This document shows positions 18,583 through 28,420 of a stretch of 64,000 nt of DNA, piece after piece. The stretch spans positions 1,170 to 65,169 of the forward strand of contig JBAQUT010000004.1 of the NCBI GenBank assembly GCA_049297695.1. The letters run 5' to 3'. This DNA is from Alphaproteobacteria bacterium (GTDB lineage Bacteria > Pseudomonadota > Alphaproteobacteria > UBA2136 > UBA6156). Within the stretch, counting starts at the first letter, position 1. Every line of letters begins with the position of its first letter. A program made the position numbers and the translations under genes. Below the pieces are notes generated by a model. The model was not told the origin of the DNA. It ran no database searches and saw nothing but the letters and a program-made list of their open reading frames with translations.

Positions 18583-18751
18583 GGTTATGCTCCTTTCGGT
18601 TAGGTTGGGTACGGAGCACCACGCCACTACGGCCATTATTTTGTATCATAAATCAAATATCCCTGCAACAGCCGGATGCTTAATTTCAATGCATGTGACG
18701 GTAAGTTTATATCTCCCACTCGCCAAACCTATCGTGGTGCCCTATAAGTAG

Positions 18752-19519
18752 ATGATGCTGCTGCGCGCCGCCCTGATGTTACTCTGCCTGCTGGCCCCTG
18801 TGGCCCATGCCGACTATGAGCGTGACCCCTACAGCGCCACCATTGCCCGCGAAAGCTGGAACCTGATTGGCCGCACCGAACAAACCAACAATATCCCCGC
18901 AGGCTTACTGCACGCCATGAGCCTCACCGAAACGGGCCAAGGCATGAGCGGCTGGATGATGCCCTGGCCCTACACCGTGGGCGTTAACAGCCCTGGTAAA
19001 AAAGATTACCTCAAACTCCAGCATGCCCTGAACGACCTTGCATGGTTCCGCAAAATGGGGTTCGCCCGGTTTGATGTCAGCGCCGGTGGTAAATCCGTGA
19101 ACGGCCTCAAGGTGGATGCCGCCGCCGTGCTGTTCAACCTGTACCCTACGGCCACCAGCTACACCATCAAGCCCCAGCCCTACGGCCGCCGGTTTGCCAA
19201 CGCGGTGGAAGCCCGCGCCTTTGTGGATAAAATGTTCAGTTTTGGCCATAAAAATTTGGATTTGGGCCTCATGCAAATCAATTACAAAGTGCACGGTTCC
19301 AAATTCCGCAGCGTGAACGACCTGTTCAACCCCGTGGTGAACGTGAATTACGCCGCCAGCTACCTGCTGGAACACAAACAAACCCGCGATTGGTGGGGCA
19401 GCGTGGGCCGCTACCACAGCGCCACTCCCACCTACGCCCGCAAATACATTACCAGCGTGTACAAGTGGTACAAACGGGTTCATGACTTCAACAATGGTCG
19501 CCAGATTGCGGCGCGGTAG
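18752..19519 (+). CDS. Specialised lytic transglycosylase (SLT domain; VirB1/PilT(R64)-like)
   Basis: Signal peptide. GLMQI motif plus the conserved E..S..GA..LMQ pattern. Confidence 0.85.
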   Translation: MMLLRAALMLLCLLAPVAHADYERDPYSATIARESWNLIGRTEQTNNIPAGLLHAMSLTETGQGMSGWMMPWPYTVGVNSPGKKDYLKLQHALNDLAWFRKMGFARFDVSAGGKSVNGLKVDAAAVLFNLYPTATSYTIKPQPYGRRFANAVEARAFVDKMFSFGHKNLDLGLMQINYKVHGSKFRSVNDLFNPVVNVNYAASYLLEHKQTRDWWGSVGRYHSATPTYARKYITSVYKWYKRVHDFNNGRQIAAR

Positions 19520-19583
19520 GGCTTGAAAGTGTCAGATCAGTTCCCCATATACCCTATAAAGGTAATGTAAAAGGAGCAAAATC

Positions 19584-19943
19584 ATGATTAAGCTTGGAAA
19601 TGTGACTATGGATGCCGAACGTTTAAAGTCGGTTATTCAAACCTTTCATGATGATCAAATTGAAGAAATGGCCTATTGGTTTTCATCGACCCTTGGATTT
19701 GGGTTACCCGAAGGTCATTCAAATGTAAAAGAAGCTCTTCTTTCTATTATTGATGAGAAAAGGATTCATCCAGAACTTGCAACAGCTCTTTACGCTGCGT
19801 TTATTGGTATGCGCATAGAAGAACAACGTGAAAAAGCACCAGAGAAGAAGCATTTTCGGATAACACGATTTGGTATTGTTGAAAAAGAAACGTCAAAAAC
19901 TTTCCGTATTGTTGATGATGGCCGAGATAATGAGCGCAGTTAA
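19584..19943 (+). CDS. Hypothetical protein, AT-rich islet gene
   Basis: Strong RBS AAGGAG. Clearly lower GC than flanking genes. Confidence 0.55.
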   Translation: MIKLGNVTMDAERLKSVIQTFHDDQIEEMAYWFSSTLGFGLPEGHSNVKEALLSIIDEKRIHPELATALYAAFIGMRIEEQREKAPEKKHFRITRFGIVEKETSKTFRIVDDGRDNERS

Positions 19944-20077
19944 TATCTTGTCTATGATCTTTGATCTCATACCTCTGACCATCTTCCCACACCCCCGTCA
20001 GTTTTCGAACCCTCAATCCTGACATCCCTCCCACACCTCTGCTAAGGTGCCCATAACAACAAAAAGGGTACTTTCGT

Positions 20078-22246
20078 ATGGCCAAAGCCAAACCTACCAA
20101 GGCCGCCAAGCATGTTGCCAAGGCTGCGCCTAGTGAGGTGGTTAAGGCGAAGGCCAAACCTGTCGCCATGCCTGCCGAGGACGACCTGAAAGCCGCCGAC
20201 GAAGGCTACCAACTGGCCCGCAAAGATGCCGCCAAATACCTTCACAGCCGCCGCCAAGCCATGTTTGCCCTCTCCCGCCGTTACCATTTGGAACCCGAGG
20301 ATGTGGAGCAAGAAGGTTTTGAAGTGCTGCTCACCTGTTTGCGGGATTTCAAACCCCAGTACACCAAAGCCAACGGCGAAACCATTCACGTACTGTTCAA
20401 CACGTTTTTTGGCAGCCGGTTGGATGGCAAGGCGCTGGAACTCCGTAACCGCGACCCCGAATACCAAGCCCGCCAAGCGCATTTGGAAGATATGTCGGAG
20501 GCCGATAAAACAGCTTTCCGCCAAGCCCCGCCGTTGTTAGTGCAACATCTCGACCAACAAACCTCCATGCAAGAACACCTTACCAGCGAGGCCTCCAACG
20601 CCCGCCGCAGCAATCAGGTGAGCACGGCCATGAAGATTGCCCACGACAGCTTCATTGATAAAAAACTCAACCAGCTGATAGCCCAAGAGCGCGATGACAA
20701 ACGCCGCGCTGCCCTGATGCATGTGAAGGTGGGCGGGGTGAGCAGCTTTGACGACATCGCCTACCACTTTGGGGTGACGGACAGCCGCGCCAGCCAGATT
20801 TTGAACGACCTGATGGACGCCTTTTACGTGCAACGCCTGCTGGATGGCGACCTGAAAAGCGTGGCGTACGATTGGAAAAAACTGAAAATGCAGCCCAAAC
20901 GCGCCGCCCGCCTTCTGGAAGACGCCGTGGCCAACAGCACGCGGGAACGCGCCAGCGAAATTGTGGCCGCCTTTGTGGCCGATTACCCCGAGGCGAAAAG
21001 CCTGCCGTTACCGGAACTCACGTCGGAGGCATCTGCCTCCGCCCCCGCCAAACTCACCACCGCAGGCACGGGCCGCACCTTTGCCGACCCCTTCACGGTG
21101 GACGACGATGCCCGCTACCCTTTGCTGGGTCTGGAATGGCGCAGCGTAGCCAGCCTGAACCCCCTGCACGTGCCCTTCCGCAACGGAGCAGATGACGCCC
21201 ACGAGCAACCCCACATCACCACCATCATGGCCACCGAGGCCGACCAATGGCCGCTCATCATCACCCACGAAGGCGGCGTGGTGGATGGCCAGCGCCGCTG
21301 GCATGCTGCCCAGCAGCGCGGCAAAGATAAAGTGCTATGCTTGGTGCGCCAAGTGCCCGAGCACGATGCTAAAATCATGCGTGTAGTAGCCAACTTGCGG
21401 CAAATCAAAGCCGACAAAATGGACGTGTACTTTGCCATCAGCGCCCTCAGCGATTTAGGGCTCTCCCAACAACGCATCGCTGCCGCCCTTGGTATTTCGC
21501 GCCCCAACGTGATTGTTTACGCCAAGGTGAAAGACAAAGCCACGCCCAAACTCCGTGCGTTGTTTGAGGATGGCTTCATCCAAATTACCAACGCCAGCGC
21601 CAGTGTGGATTTACCCGCCACCGCCCAAGACGGCATGGCGGAGTTCATCCGCAAACACGGTGCCACATGGGGCAAAGGCCCCCAGTTTAACGAGGTTTAC
21701 GAGGCCGCCGCCTCGGGCAAACTCTCCAAACTGGCCGCCATGCAACCGGAGCCTCAAGCCCCCAACACGACCGCAGCACCAACTCCCGCATGGGCGCCCG
21801 TTCCAGTATCCACCGCCATGGCCGTGGCCCCGGCCGACCAAAACGTGGTGCAAGCCCTGCGCAACCGTCAAACCGCCATGGAAACTGCCCTGCGCGACGC
21901 CGAAACCTGGGGCCAACAGCGGGAAGGGGTAGTAGCCCGCCAAACGTCAGAAATCACGGATTTAAAACAACAACTCGATGCCCTCAAGCGCGAACTTCAA
22001 GCCCACGACTTGCTGAAATACGGCGACGAAGCCACGGTGGCGGGTTTGATGAAAGAAATCAAAGGTTTTTACGCGGTGGTGGAACGCTTGGCTGGCGCCA
22101 GCTACCAACTGGATAAAGCCCATAAATCCCTGCGCGGCCAACCGTTAAGCTACAAACAAATCCAAGAGGTTCAAACGCTGACCGACACCATGGAAGCCAG
22201 CCTGTCCGCCCTGCGGGTGGAGCTTTCCAGCAAAAACCGTCGTTAA
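20078..22246 (+). CDS. Fusion protein: Lys/Ala-rich tail plus sigma-70 region2/region4-like plus ParB/Srx-like nuclease domain plus coiled-coil
   Basis: N-terminal AKAKPTKAAKHVAKA repeats. EDVEQEGFEVLLTCLRDFKP is region-2-like. VSSFDDIAYHFGVTDSRASQIL is a region-4 HTH. DGQRRWHAAQQ is a ParB GxxR motif. Confidence 0.6.
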   Translation: MAKAKPTKAAKHVAKAAPSEVVKAKAKPVAMPAEDDLKAADEGYQLARKDAAKYLHSRRQAMFALSRRYHLEPEDVEQEGFEVLLTCLRDFKPQYTKANGETIHVLFNTFFGSRLDGKALELRNRDPEYQARQAHLEDMSEADKTAFRQAPPLLVQHLDQQTSMQEHLTSEASNARRSNQVSTAMKIAHDSFIDKKLNQLIAQERDDKRRAALMHVKVGGVSSFDDIAYHFGVTDSRASQILNDLMDAFYVQRLLDGDLKSVAYDWKKLKMQPKRAARLLEDAVANSTRERASEIVAAFVADYPEAKSLPLPELTSEASASAPAKLTTAGTGRTFADPFTVDDDARYPLLGLEWRSVASLNPLHVPFRNGADDAHEQPHITTIMATEADQWPLIITHEGGVVDGQRRWHAAQQRGKDKVLCLVRQVPEHDAKIMRVVANLRQIKADKMDVYFAISALSDLGLSQQRIAAALGISRPNVIVYAKVKDKATPKLRALFEDGFIQITNASASVDLPATAQDGMAEFIRKHGATWGKGPQFNEVYEAAASGKLSKLAAMQPEPQAPNTTAAPTPAWAPVPVSTAMAVAPADQNVVQALRNRQTAMETALRDAETWGQQREGVVARQTSEITDLKQQLDALKRELQAHDLLKYGDEATVAGLMKEIKGFYAVVERLAGASYQLDKAHKSLRGQPLSYKQIQEVQTLTDTMEASLSALRVELSSKNRR

Positions 22247-22249
22247 AAC

Positions 22250-22335
22250 GTGTCGTCATGGCGCTTGTCCTCCGTAGCCTTGGCGAAGGAGGAAGCATAG
22301 TCATCTCATGCCAAAGGCAAATCCTGTAACTAGTA
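22250..22335. repeat. GC-rich intergenic repeat (copy C, variant of the gtcgtcatggcg..gtcatctca module)
   Basis: Shares gtcgtcatggcg and gtcatctcatgccaa with copy A. Confidence 0.5.
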
Positions 22336-22413
22336 ACCTGTCCCGCCACACCCCCACCCTCAAAACCCGCCCTACCCCTTGAACCCGCCCCCAAACCATC
22401 CCATCCTGTACCT

Positions 22414-24315
22414 ATGGCCCCAAAAAACCTAGGCTCGTGCGCGCATCTCATCACCGTTGTGGTGGTGGTGCTGTCTCTCACACTCTCTACACTGGTGCCG
22501 CAGGCGGCAGTGGCGGGCGGGTATTCCGGCAGCTACGAAAGCGGCAACCCCTCCCGTGGTAACTTGGGTGGATTTATCCCCAATTATGGCGGCGAGAGCG
22601 AACTTTTCAGCGTTAAATCGAGTAGTGGCGTCGGCGCAAACCTGGGCTGCGGAATGATGAACTACATGGATTTCGTCAAAGCCACGTTCAATGTGTCGGA
22701 TATGGCTGATCAGTTTAAGGGTATGATGCAAACATTTATGGCTAAGATTTTGTTAACATATTTAATGTCATTTCCTCCCATTGCAGCCGCATACGATGCC
22801 ATTAACTGGTTGGCCGATGCTAAGGCTAAGGTGTTTAACCAAAGTTGCGATATTGCCGAAGCCCGTAAAGACGGCGCCAAGTTGTACAAAGGGATTTGTA
22901 ACGATGCGTACAGCGCAGCAAAAACAGGTGATTGCACGAATATAAATTCTGTTGATCCTATGAGAGCCATCATGTTTTGCGAACAAGCGTTGAAAGATGG
23001 GCCTGATGTCTTCATTACCCGCTGCATGGCAAACTCGGAGCCTTTAAAACCTTTGATTGCTGCGGCTGATAAGGCTCTCCAACAGGTTAAAGAGGAGTTT
23101 TTTGGTGATCCTGTAGGTTGTCATAGAGGAGATATCTGCGACAGTGCAGAGGCTCCAGGTGCAGGAAGCAAGGTTGTAGCAGGTTGCTTGGCCATGAGTT
23201 ACATGCCTCGGATTTGTTTTGAAGCAAATGGAAGTCTTGGAAACAAGGGTATGGGTGGTAGTAAATGTGTTGGAGGTAAACGGCGTAAGCCACCTATCTC
23301 TATGGATGGAGTAACTCAAGCCTTTATCCAATATAGCATGTACACGATGGATGCCTGTGGGCGTGTGTGGGATGATATCCGCAAGGCCGACCCCAATATG
23401 GAAGCTTCTACCATTGAGAAAATTGGTACTGAGGCCATTGCTTTAGCTAATACTGACCAACTCACAATGTCCTCCAACCAAGTGGCACCATTAGCCCAAG
23501 GACCTCTGAAATTAGCCTTTACCGATATGTCTCTTGTTCTGAAAGCGTTTGGGGCGACGGCAACGAACGAATCCCGCAACAAAATGCTCCAAGATTATGT
23601 GGATAACGAGCTGCCGGGGATTGATTTGAACGGCCCCAGCAAAGAGTTGTTGAACCCCTTGCGGATGTGCAAATTTGTGGCGGAAGCTGCCCGTGCTGAA
23701 ATGGCGTTGCAGGGTAAAAACGCTCAGATATCTGATCCAGAAATGGGCGGTAAAGTGGATGCTGCCCAGTTCTTCAACCTTCCCAGCACAGGAGAAACTT
23801 CTGACAAGTTGGCGGCCGATGGGTTGGATGCCCAAACAGCTGCCCTGATGTTGGAATATACCTTTGGTTACATTGTGAATGTTCAAGGTGGAATTAACAT
23901 GACCAACCCTGTTGCTATGTCTAAGTTAGCGTTAAGTTCGGGCAGAGTGTGGGGTGATTGGGCGAGTGATAGAGGTATGGATGTTTCATGCATGGGTATG
24001 GATAAAATCTTGGACTATTTAAATGGTGTAATTATAAAAGCTCAAACCACAGCTGGGTCTCAAAATGTAACTAGTGGAAGTACCACAACCAAAGAAGGTG
24101 CAGATACAAGTACAAAAGCATGTAATGCACCTATTGAGGCTGTTAAAAAACAATCGGAAAAAACATTTGATTATTTAGAAAAGTATTTTAAAAGCTTAAA
24201 AGATAAAAATACGTTGTGGTGTTCTAACCGCCCTAAACTCCAAGAGCGCAACAGGCAGTTCTTTACCCCCGAGAACACCTTTGCCCCCACTCGCTCGGAT
24301 GCAGGTAACCTGTAA
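22414..24315 (+). CDS. Cys-rich secreted or membrane-anchored protein (633 aa), compositionally AT-rich
   Basis: N-terminal hydrophobic anchor. About 18 Cys. GC drops sharply from ~22.7 kb to the 3' end. Confidence 0.6.
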   Translation: MAPKNLGSCAHLITVVVVVLSLTLSTLVPQAAVAGGYSGSYESGNPSRGNLGGFIPNYGGESELFSVKSSSGVGANLGCGMMNYMDFVKATFNVSDMADQFKGMMQTFMAKILLTYLMSFPPIAAAYDAINWLADAKAKVFNQSCDIAEARKDGAKLYKGICNDAYSAAKTGDCTNINSVDPMRAIMFCEQALKDGPDVFITRCMANSEPLKPLIAAADKALQQVKEEFFGDPVGCHRGDICDSAEAPGAGSKVVAGCLAMSYMPRICFEANGSLGNKGMGGSKCVGGKRRKPPISMDGVTQAFIQYSMYTMDACGRVWDDIRKADPNMEASTIEKIGTEAIALANTDQLTMSSNQVAPLAQGPLKLAFTDMSLVLKAFGATATNESRNKMLQDYVDNELPGIDLNGPSKELLNPLRMCKFVAEAARAEMALQGKNAQISDPEMGGKVDAAQFFNLPSTGETSDKLAADGLDAQTAALMLEYTFGYIVNVQGGINMTNPVAMSKLALSSGRVWGDWASDRGMDVSCMGMDKILDYLNGVIIKAQTTAGSQNVTSGSTTTKEGADTSTKACNAPIEAVKKQSEKTFDYLEKYFKSLKDKNTLWCSNRPKLQERNRQFFTPENTFAPTRSDAGNL

Positions 24316-24392
24316 CCTGCCCACCACACATGCAAACAACCTGACAGCTTAAGGTTTCCCCTCTATACTTTCTCAAAACAAGGGGAGGGGGC

Positions 24393-26387
24393 ATGGCGCG
24401 GCGCAAGCAACACACCAGCATTGTGCCGCCGCAGGGCATCCCCGCCGTGGCGTTGCGGATTAACCTTGCCGAGGGCGAACACCCCAGCCAGCTTATCGCG
24501 TTTACCAGCCTGCATAATCTATCAGCTATCAACCCCGAAGCCGAAACGCTGTTGCTGGAACTGCCCGTAGCCCCACTCACTGACGGCCACCATCATATGG
24601 AGGATGAAGGCTACAAAGCCGCCATGGGCCAAGCCGACATATGGCCCCTTGCCCCCGTGTTTGTGCGGGATGTGGCGGGCCGCGTGGTGCACACGGGATT
24701 GAATCCGCTTCCCGTGCCCCCACCGTTCCCCATCATGCCGGAAACCTGCCAGTACGTGCCGCCGGAAACCGAAGGTTACGGCCTGTTGGATAAAACGTTT
24801 TTCACCAGCTTCCGCACGCTGGAGTGGGGTTACGGCGAAGGCACGGTGCTCACGGGTCGCCCTACCTACACCGCCCATGCCCTGTACCCCGCCCCCCAGC
24901 TGTACCCGTACAAGCTGCGGGTGGATAGTTTCTATCAGGATGGCTTCCGCCTGCCCCAAGTGGAGCGTTTGTACGTGCAGCCCTCAAATCCCTTGGAGGC
25001 CACCAAGCACGGCGATGAGCTGATAGCCCGCTGGAACGCCCGACCCGCAGGGCAAACGTACCAAGAGTTTTACGAAGCCAACGAAGGCGACGCGTGGTTT
25101 GAAACGATGTTCCAAGCAGGCTGCACGGTAGTGCCCACGCTGGAAGCCACCAACGGCAGCTACGTGGTGGATGATGCCTACGGCTTGGTGGATGCCTGGC
25201 CAGGCTGCGTGGTAGAAGGTTTGCACGAGGTGGCGGATTACAAACCAGATGCCAGCCCTGCGGGCACCATTGTGGAGGTGCTCCAACCCGGCTACGCCAC
25301 CCGTGCAGGTGTGGTGCCCGCCAAGGTAGTAGCCAGCGATGGCAGCGGGTATGTCTCCCGCGTGGGAGATGTACCCGAACCCATGCAGCCCGACCCCCAA
25401 CTCCCCCACCCCCGCGTAGGCAACTTTGCAGGCGTGTGGTTGCCTACCCATCCCGGTCATTTTGAGCTTCCCGCCCTGTGGGATTGGAACGCCCAAGGTC
25501 ATTTTCAGCAAATGGCTGGCCCCTTGTGGGACCCCGTGCATTACACCTACACTAGCACCCCTCGCATCCTCAAAGCCTTCCGTAGCGTGGAGGCCAGCAC
25601 CCCCCACCAAGCGCCGGTGCCGGAAGATATGCTCCCCCGCTTTCACCCCGTGTGCGGCCTTAAAACCTACGATACCTTCAACACCGCCACCGCCCGTATG
25701 CGAGGGTTGCAGGCAGGGGCTTCTCCGTTGCATGATACATGGATTGATGCCGTGCCCTTGGGCCGCACCGTGGCCGATGTTGGTTACCATCCATTGCCCC
25801 CCGCGTTGGAGTACGAGCTAGACCCTGCGGTGTTTCCCAACCTCAGTCCACGGAACATCACCGCCGAAGCAGGCGCCAACCTTGCGCCTGTTATTACCAG
25901 CATGGTGACAGCGGAAGAAGCTGCTAAACTCATGGTCATCCATGCCGAACCTGACCGCCGGTTCATGCTCAACCCCACAAACTTTGAAGGCGGATACGGG
26001 TTAGAACGCTTCACCCAACCCGAACCACCTACCGAACGCCAACCCCAAGGCTGGATGATGTTGCCCGACATAACCACCAGCGATTTGATGGTGAACGTGA
26101 AGCGGTTTTTCATGAGCAAAGCGTATGTGGATAGGTTGAAAAAACTCCACCCCACCTTGTACAAGCAGTTTTACGTGTTTCGTGAACAAGCTTTGGCGTG
26201 GCGCCGCCTGCGCCACCGGTTGGCCCGCAAGTACGTGGGGTGGTATCAACATATGTGGTGGTTTGGGCACACACCCACCCATACCGAAACACAGGTACGG
26301 GAACAGCTAGAATACCGAATGTTGGAGGCTGAACGCAGCCTTAAAGCCCAAACAGGCTTGATGGTAAGGGATTTTAAGAGGGAGTAG
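24393..26387 (+). CDS. Large hypothetical protein (664 aa), no TM or signal peptide, Trp/Pro-rich
   Basis: GGAGG RBS. Continuous ORF in operon orientation inside the T4SS module. Confidence 0.55.
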   Translation: MARRKQHTSIVPPQGIPAVALRINLAEGEHPSQLIAFTSLHNLSAINPEAETLLLELPVAPLTDGHHHMEDEGYKAAMGQADIWPLAPVFVRDVAGRVVHTGLNPLPVPPPFPIMPETCQYVPPETEGYGLLDKTFFTSFRTLEWGYGEGTVLTGRPTYTAHALYPAPQLYPYKLRVDSFYQDGFRLPQVERLYVQPSNPLEATKHGDELIARWNARPAGQTYQEFYEANEGDAWFETMFQAGCTVVPTLEATNGSYVVDDAYGLVDAWPGCVVEGLHEVADYKPDASPAGTIVEVLQPGYATRAGVVPAKVVASDGSGYVSRVGDVPEPMQPDPQLPHPRVGNFAGVWLPTHPGHFELPALWDWNAQGHFQQMAGPLWDPVHYTYTSTPRILKAFRSVEASTPHQAPVPEDMLPRFHPVCGLKTYDTFNTATARMRGLQAGASPLHDTWIDAVPLGRTVADVGYHPLPPALEYELDPAVFPNLSPRNITAEAGANLAPVITSMVTAEEAAKLMVIHAEPDRRFMLNPTNFEGGYGLERFTQPEPPTERQPQGWMMLPDITTSDLMVNVKRFFMSKAYVDRLKKLHPTLYKQFYVFREQALAWRRLRHRLARKYVGWYQHMWWFGHTPTHTETQVREQLEYRMLEAERSLKAQTGLMVRDFKRE

Positions 26388-26493
26388 GCCTGCCACCCGT
26401 GCCTATTTAACCGCCACAGGCGTAGGCAGGGGCGTGGCGGGCGGTGCGTTTATCCCGTAGGATGAACTCCAAACAATGGGATAACCCTATCCA

Positions 26494-27933
26494 ATGGCCG
26501 ACCCTTTACTTCCCCAACAGCCCAAAACCCCGTCTGAGGGCGGGATGAACATTGTGGAGCGTCTTCGGGAACTTCCAACTCCTGCCAAAGCCGCGTTGGG
26601 CGTGGTGGGTATGGGCGTGTTGTACTTGCTGGTGGGCGGCGGCGGTGATAATGCCGTGCAACAAGGCGCTGCCGTGAACACCACCAGCCAAGCCGCGTTG
26701 CAGCAAGATGGCCAGCCTCAAGGCGATGGCGTGTTCAGCGGAATCGAATCCGACAGGCCCGTGCTAATGCAAGGTTGGTTGGAACAAAACCGCCGTGAAA
26801 TGAGCGAGCTGAAAGAAACGATTCAAACCAAGTTTGACGAAAAAGACAAAGCCTTGGCCGATGCCTTGCAAAACAACGCCGACCTGCAAGCCCAAATGCG
26901 CCAAATGATGGCCGATTTTACCGCCGAAGTACGCAACATTCAAACCAGCAACCAGCGGGACAAGGAAATGCTGGACCAGCTGGCGGAAGAGCAACGTAAA
27001 CTTCAGTTGGACGCCCCTGTGGATGGCGTAACAGGCGTAGGCCCCGTGATGCGCACCCAAAAACGGATTGAACAAACCCCCTTGGGCGGCGGTGGAGGAG
27101 GGCAAGTGCAGGGGCAGCCCCTGTTAGCCCCTTTAGGGGCGGTGGCCGGTAGGGCCACGCAAAGCAACGGGGCTGCCATGGCCACGGTGTCGGGGGATGG
27201 TGATGGGGTAGAGCCTGTTCAAAACCTGCCCTTCGTGCCCCCTTTGGGCTTCATTAAAGGCACGCTGTTGAACGGGGTGGATGCTTTGGTGGGAGGGCAA
27301 CCCACGCCGTCGTTGGTCCGTCTTTCGGGCAACTACAAAACCGCCATGGGCACCACCGTGCAGTTGGATGGTTGCTATGCTCTGGTTGAATTTCAAGGCG
27401 AAATCTCCACCGAGCGGGCCGTGGGTAAACCCGCTCGCATGACGTGCGTGTACCCCGACCAAGGGGCGGTTACTTACAGTTTGTCGGGGTATGTGGTGGA
27501 TAGCGAAGATGGCATTATCGGCATCCCCGGTATCTTTTACGAAGGCGATGCCAGCCGCATAGCCGCCGCCATGATGGCCGACTTTGCCGCAGGCGTAAGC
27601 GCCGTGGTAAAAGACAGTCAAACCACCACCAGCGTGGATAGCGCCGGTAACGCCACCCAAAGTATTACGGGCAGCGAACTGAAGGGCGAGATTGCCGGTG
27701 GCGTGGAAAAAGCCGTGGGAAGTTTGCGTGATTACCTGCTGCAACGCGTAACCCGCGTGTTGCCGTTTGTGCGGCTGGATGCTACCCGCCAAGTGCACCT
27801 TGTGTTCCTTTCAGGCACCGAATTGCGGGCCGAAGGTTCCCCTTGGACCTTGCTGTTTGATGCCGAAGCGGCTGACCAAGCCCGTGCTGGCGCTGCGGCC
27901 CAAACACCATCTAACGAGAACAACGGAGGCTAA
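26494..27933 (+). CDS. VirB10/TraB-like bitopic T4SS protein
   Basis: Short cytoplasmic N-terminus, one TM, low-complexity linker, coiled-coil, then a C-terminal beta-rich domain. An alternative start at 26545 has a better RBS. Confidence 0.5.
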   Translation: MADPLLPQQPKTPSEGGMNIVERLRELPTPAKAALGVVGMGVLYLLVGGGGDNAVQQGAAVNTTSQAALQQDGQPQGDGVFSGIESDRPVLMQGWLEQNRREMSELKETIQTKFDEKDKALADALQNNADLQAQMRQMMADFTAEVRNIQTSNQRDKEMLDQLAEEQRKLQLDAPVDGVTGVGPVMRTQKRIEQTPLGGGGGGQVQGQPLLAPLGAVAGRATQSNGAAMATVSGDGDGVEPVQNLPFVPPLGFIKGTLLNGVDALVGGQPTPSLVRLSGNYKTAMGTTVQLDGCYALVEFQGEISTERAVGKPARMTCVYPDQGAVTYSLSGYVVDSEDGIIGIPGIFYEGDASRIAAAMMADFAAGVSAVVKDSQTTTSVDSAGNATQSITGSELKGEIAGGVEKAVGSLRDYLLQRVTRVLPFVRLDATRQVHLVFLSGTELRAEGSPWTLLFDAEAADQARAGAAAQTPSNENNGG

Positions 27934-27936
27934 CCC

Positions 27937-28383
27937 ATGAAACGTACCCTGATGCTCGGCACCTTGGTAGCCTTGGCTGGCTGCAAATACTATGGCAGCG
28001 CCCTACCGCCCGAATACCCCATGAGCATGGACGATGCCGCCAGCGTGGCCAGCGACATGGGCGCTGGTAGTGGTGGTGTGCAACGCTCGGTTATCAAACA
28101 AGGCGTGCGCCCCCGCATGGAGCGCCCCAGCTATTTGCCGGAAAAAGAACTGGCCATCGTAGCCCCGCCCAAAACCTTGCTGGTATGGACCTACCCCCAC
28201 GTGACGGACGACAACACCCGCGTGTTTGGTAACTGGAGCACAATTTTCCTGACCGACCGTTACGAATGGGTACGCCCCGGCAACGAAGTTGGTATGGCCG
28301 AAGACGATGCCGGAACCGATGCTGGCCGCCCCAACCTTGGCTCCAGCAAAGAAGCTGAAAGGATTATGCCCGTTAAAAAGTAA
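27937..28383 (+). CDS. Small lipoprotein (VirB7/TraV-like)
   Basis: Lipobox LVALAGC. GGAGG RBS. Located immediately before the VirB4 ATPase. Confidence 0.55.
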   Translation: MKRTLMLGTLVALAGCKYYGSALPPEYPMSMDDAASVASDMGAGSGGVQRSVIKQGVRPRMERPSYLPEKELAIVAPPKTLLVWTYPHVTDDNTRVFGNWSTIFLTDRYEWVRPGNEVGMAEDDAGTDAGRPNLGSSKEAERIMPVKK

Positions 28384-28420
28384 ACATGCCCGTTTGGTTT
28401 GAACAAAAACAAAGAACATC

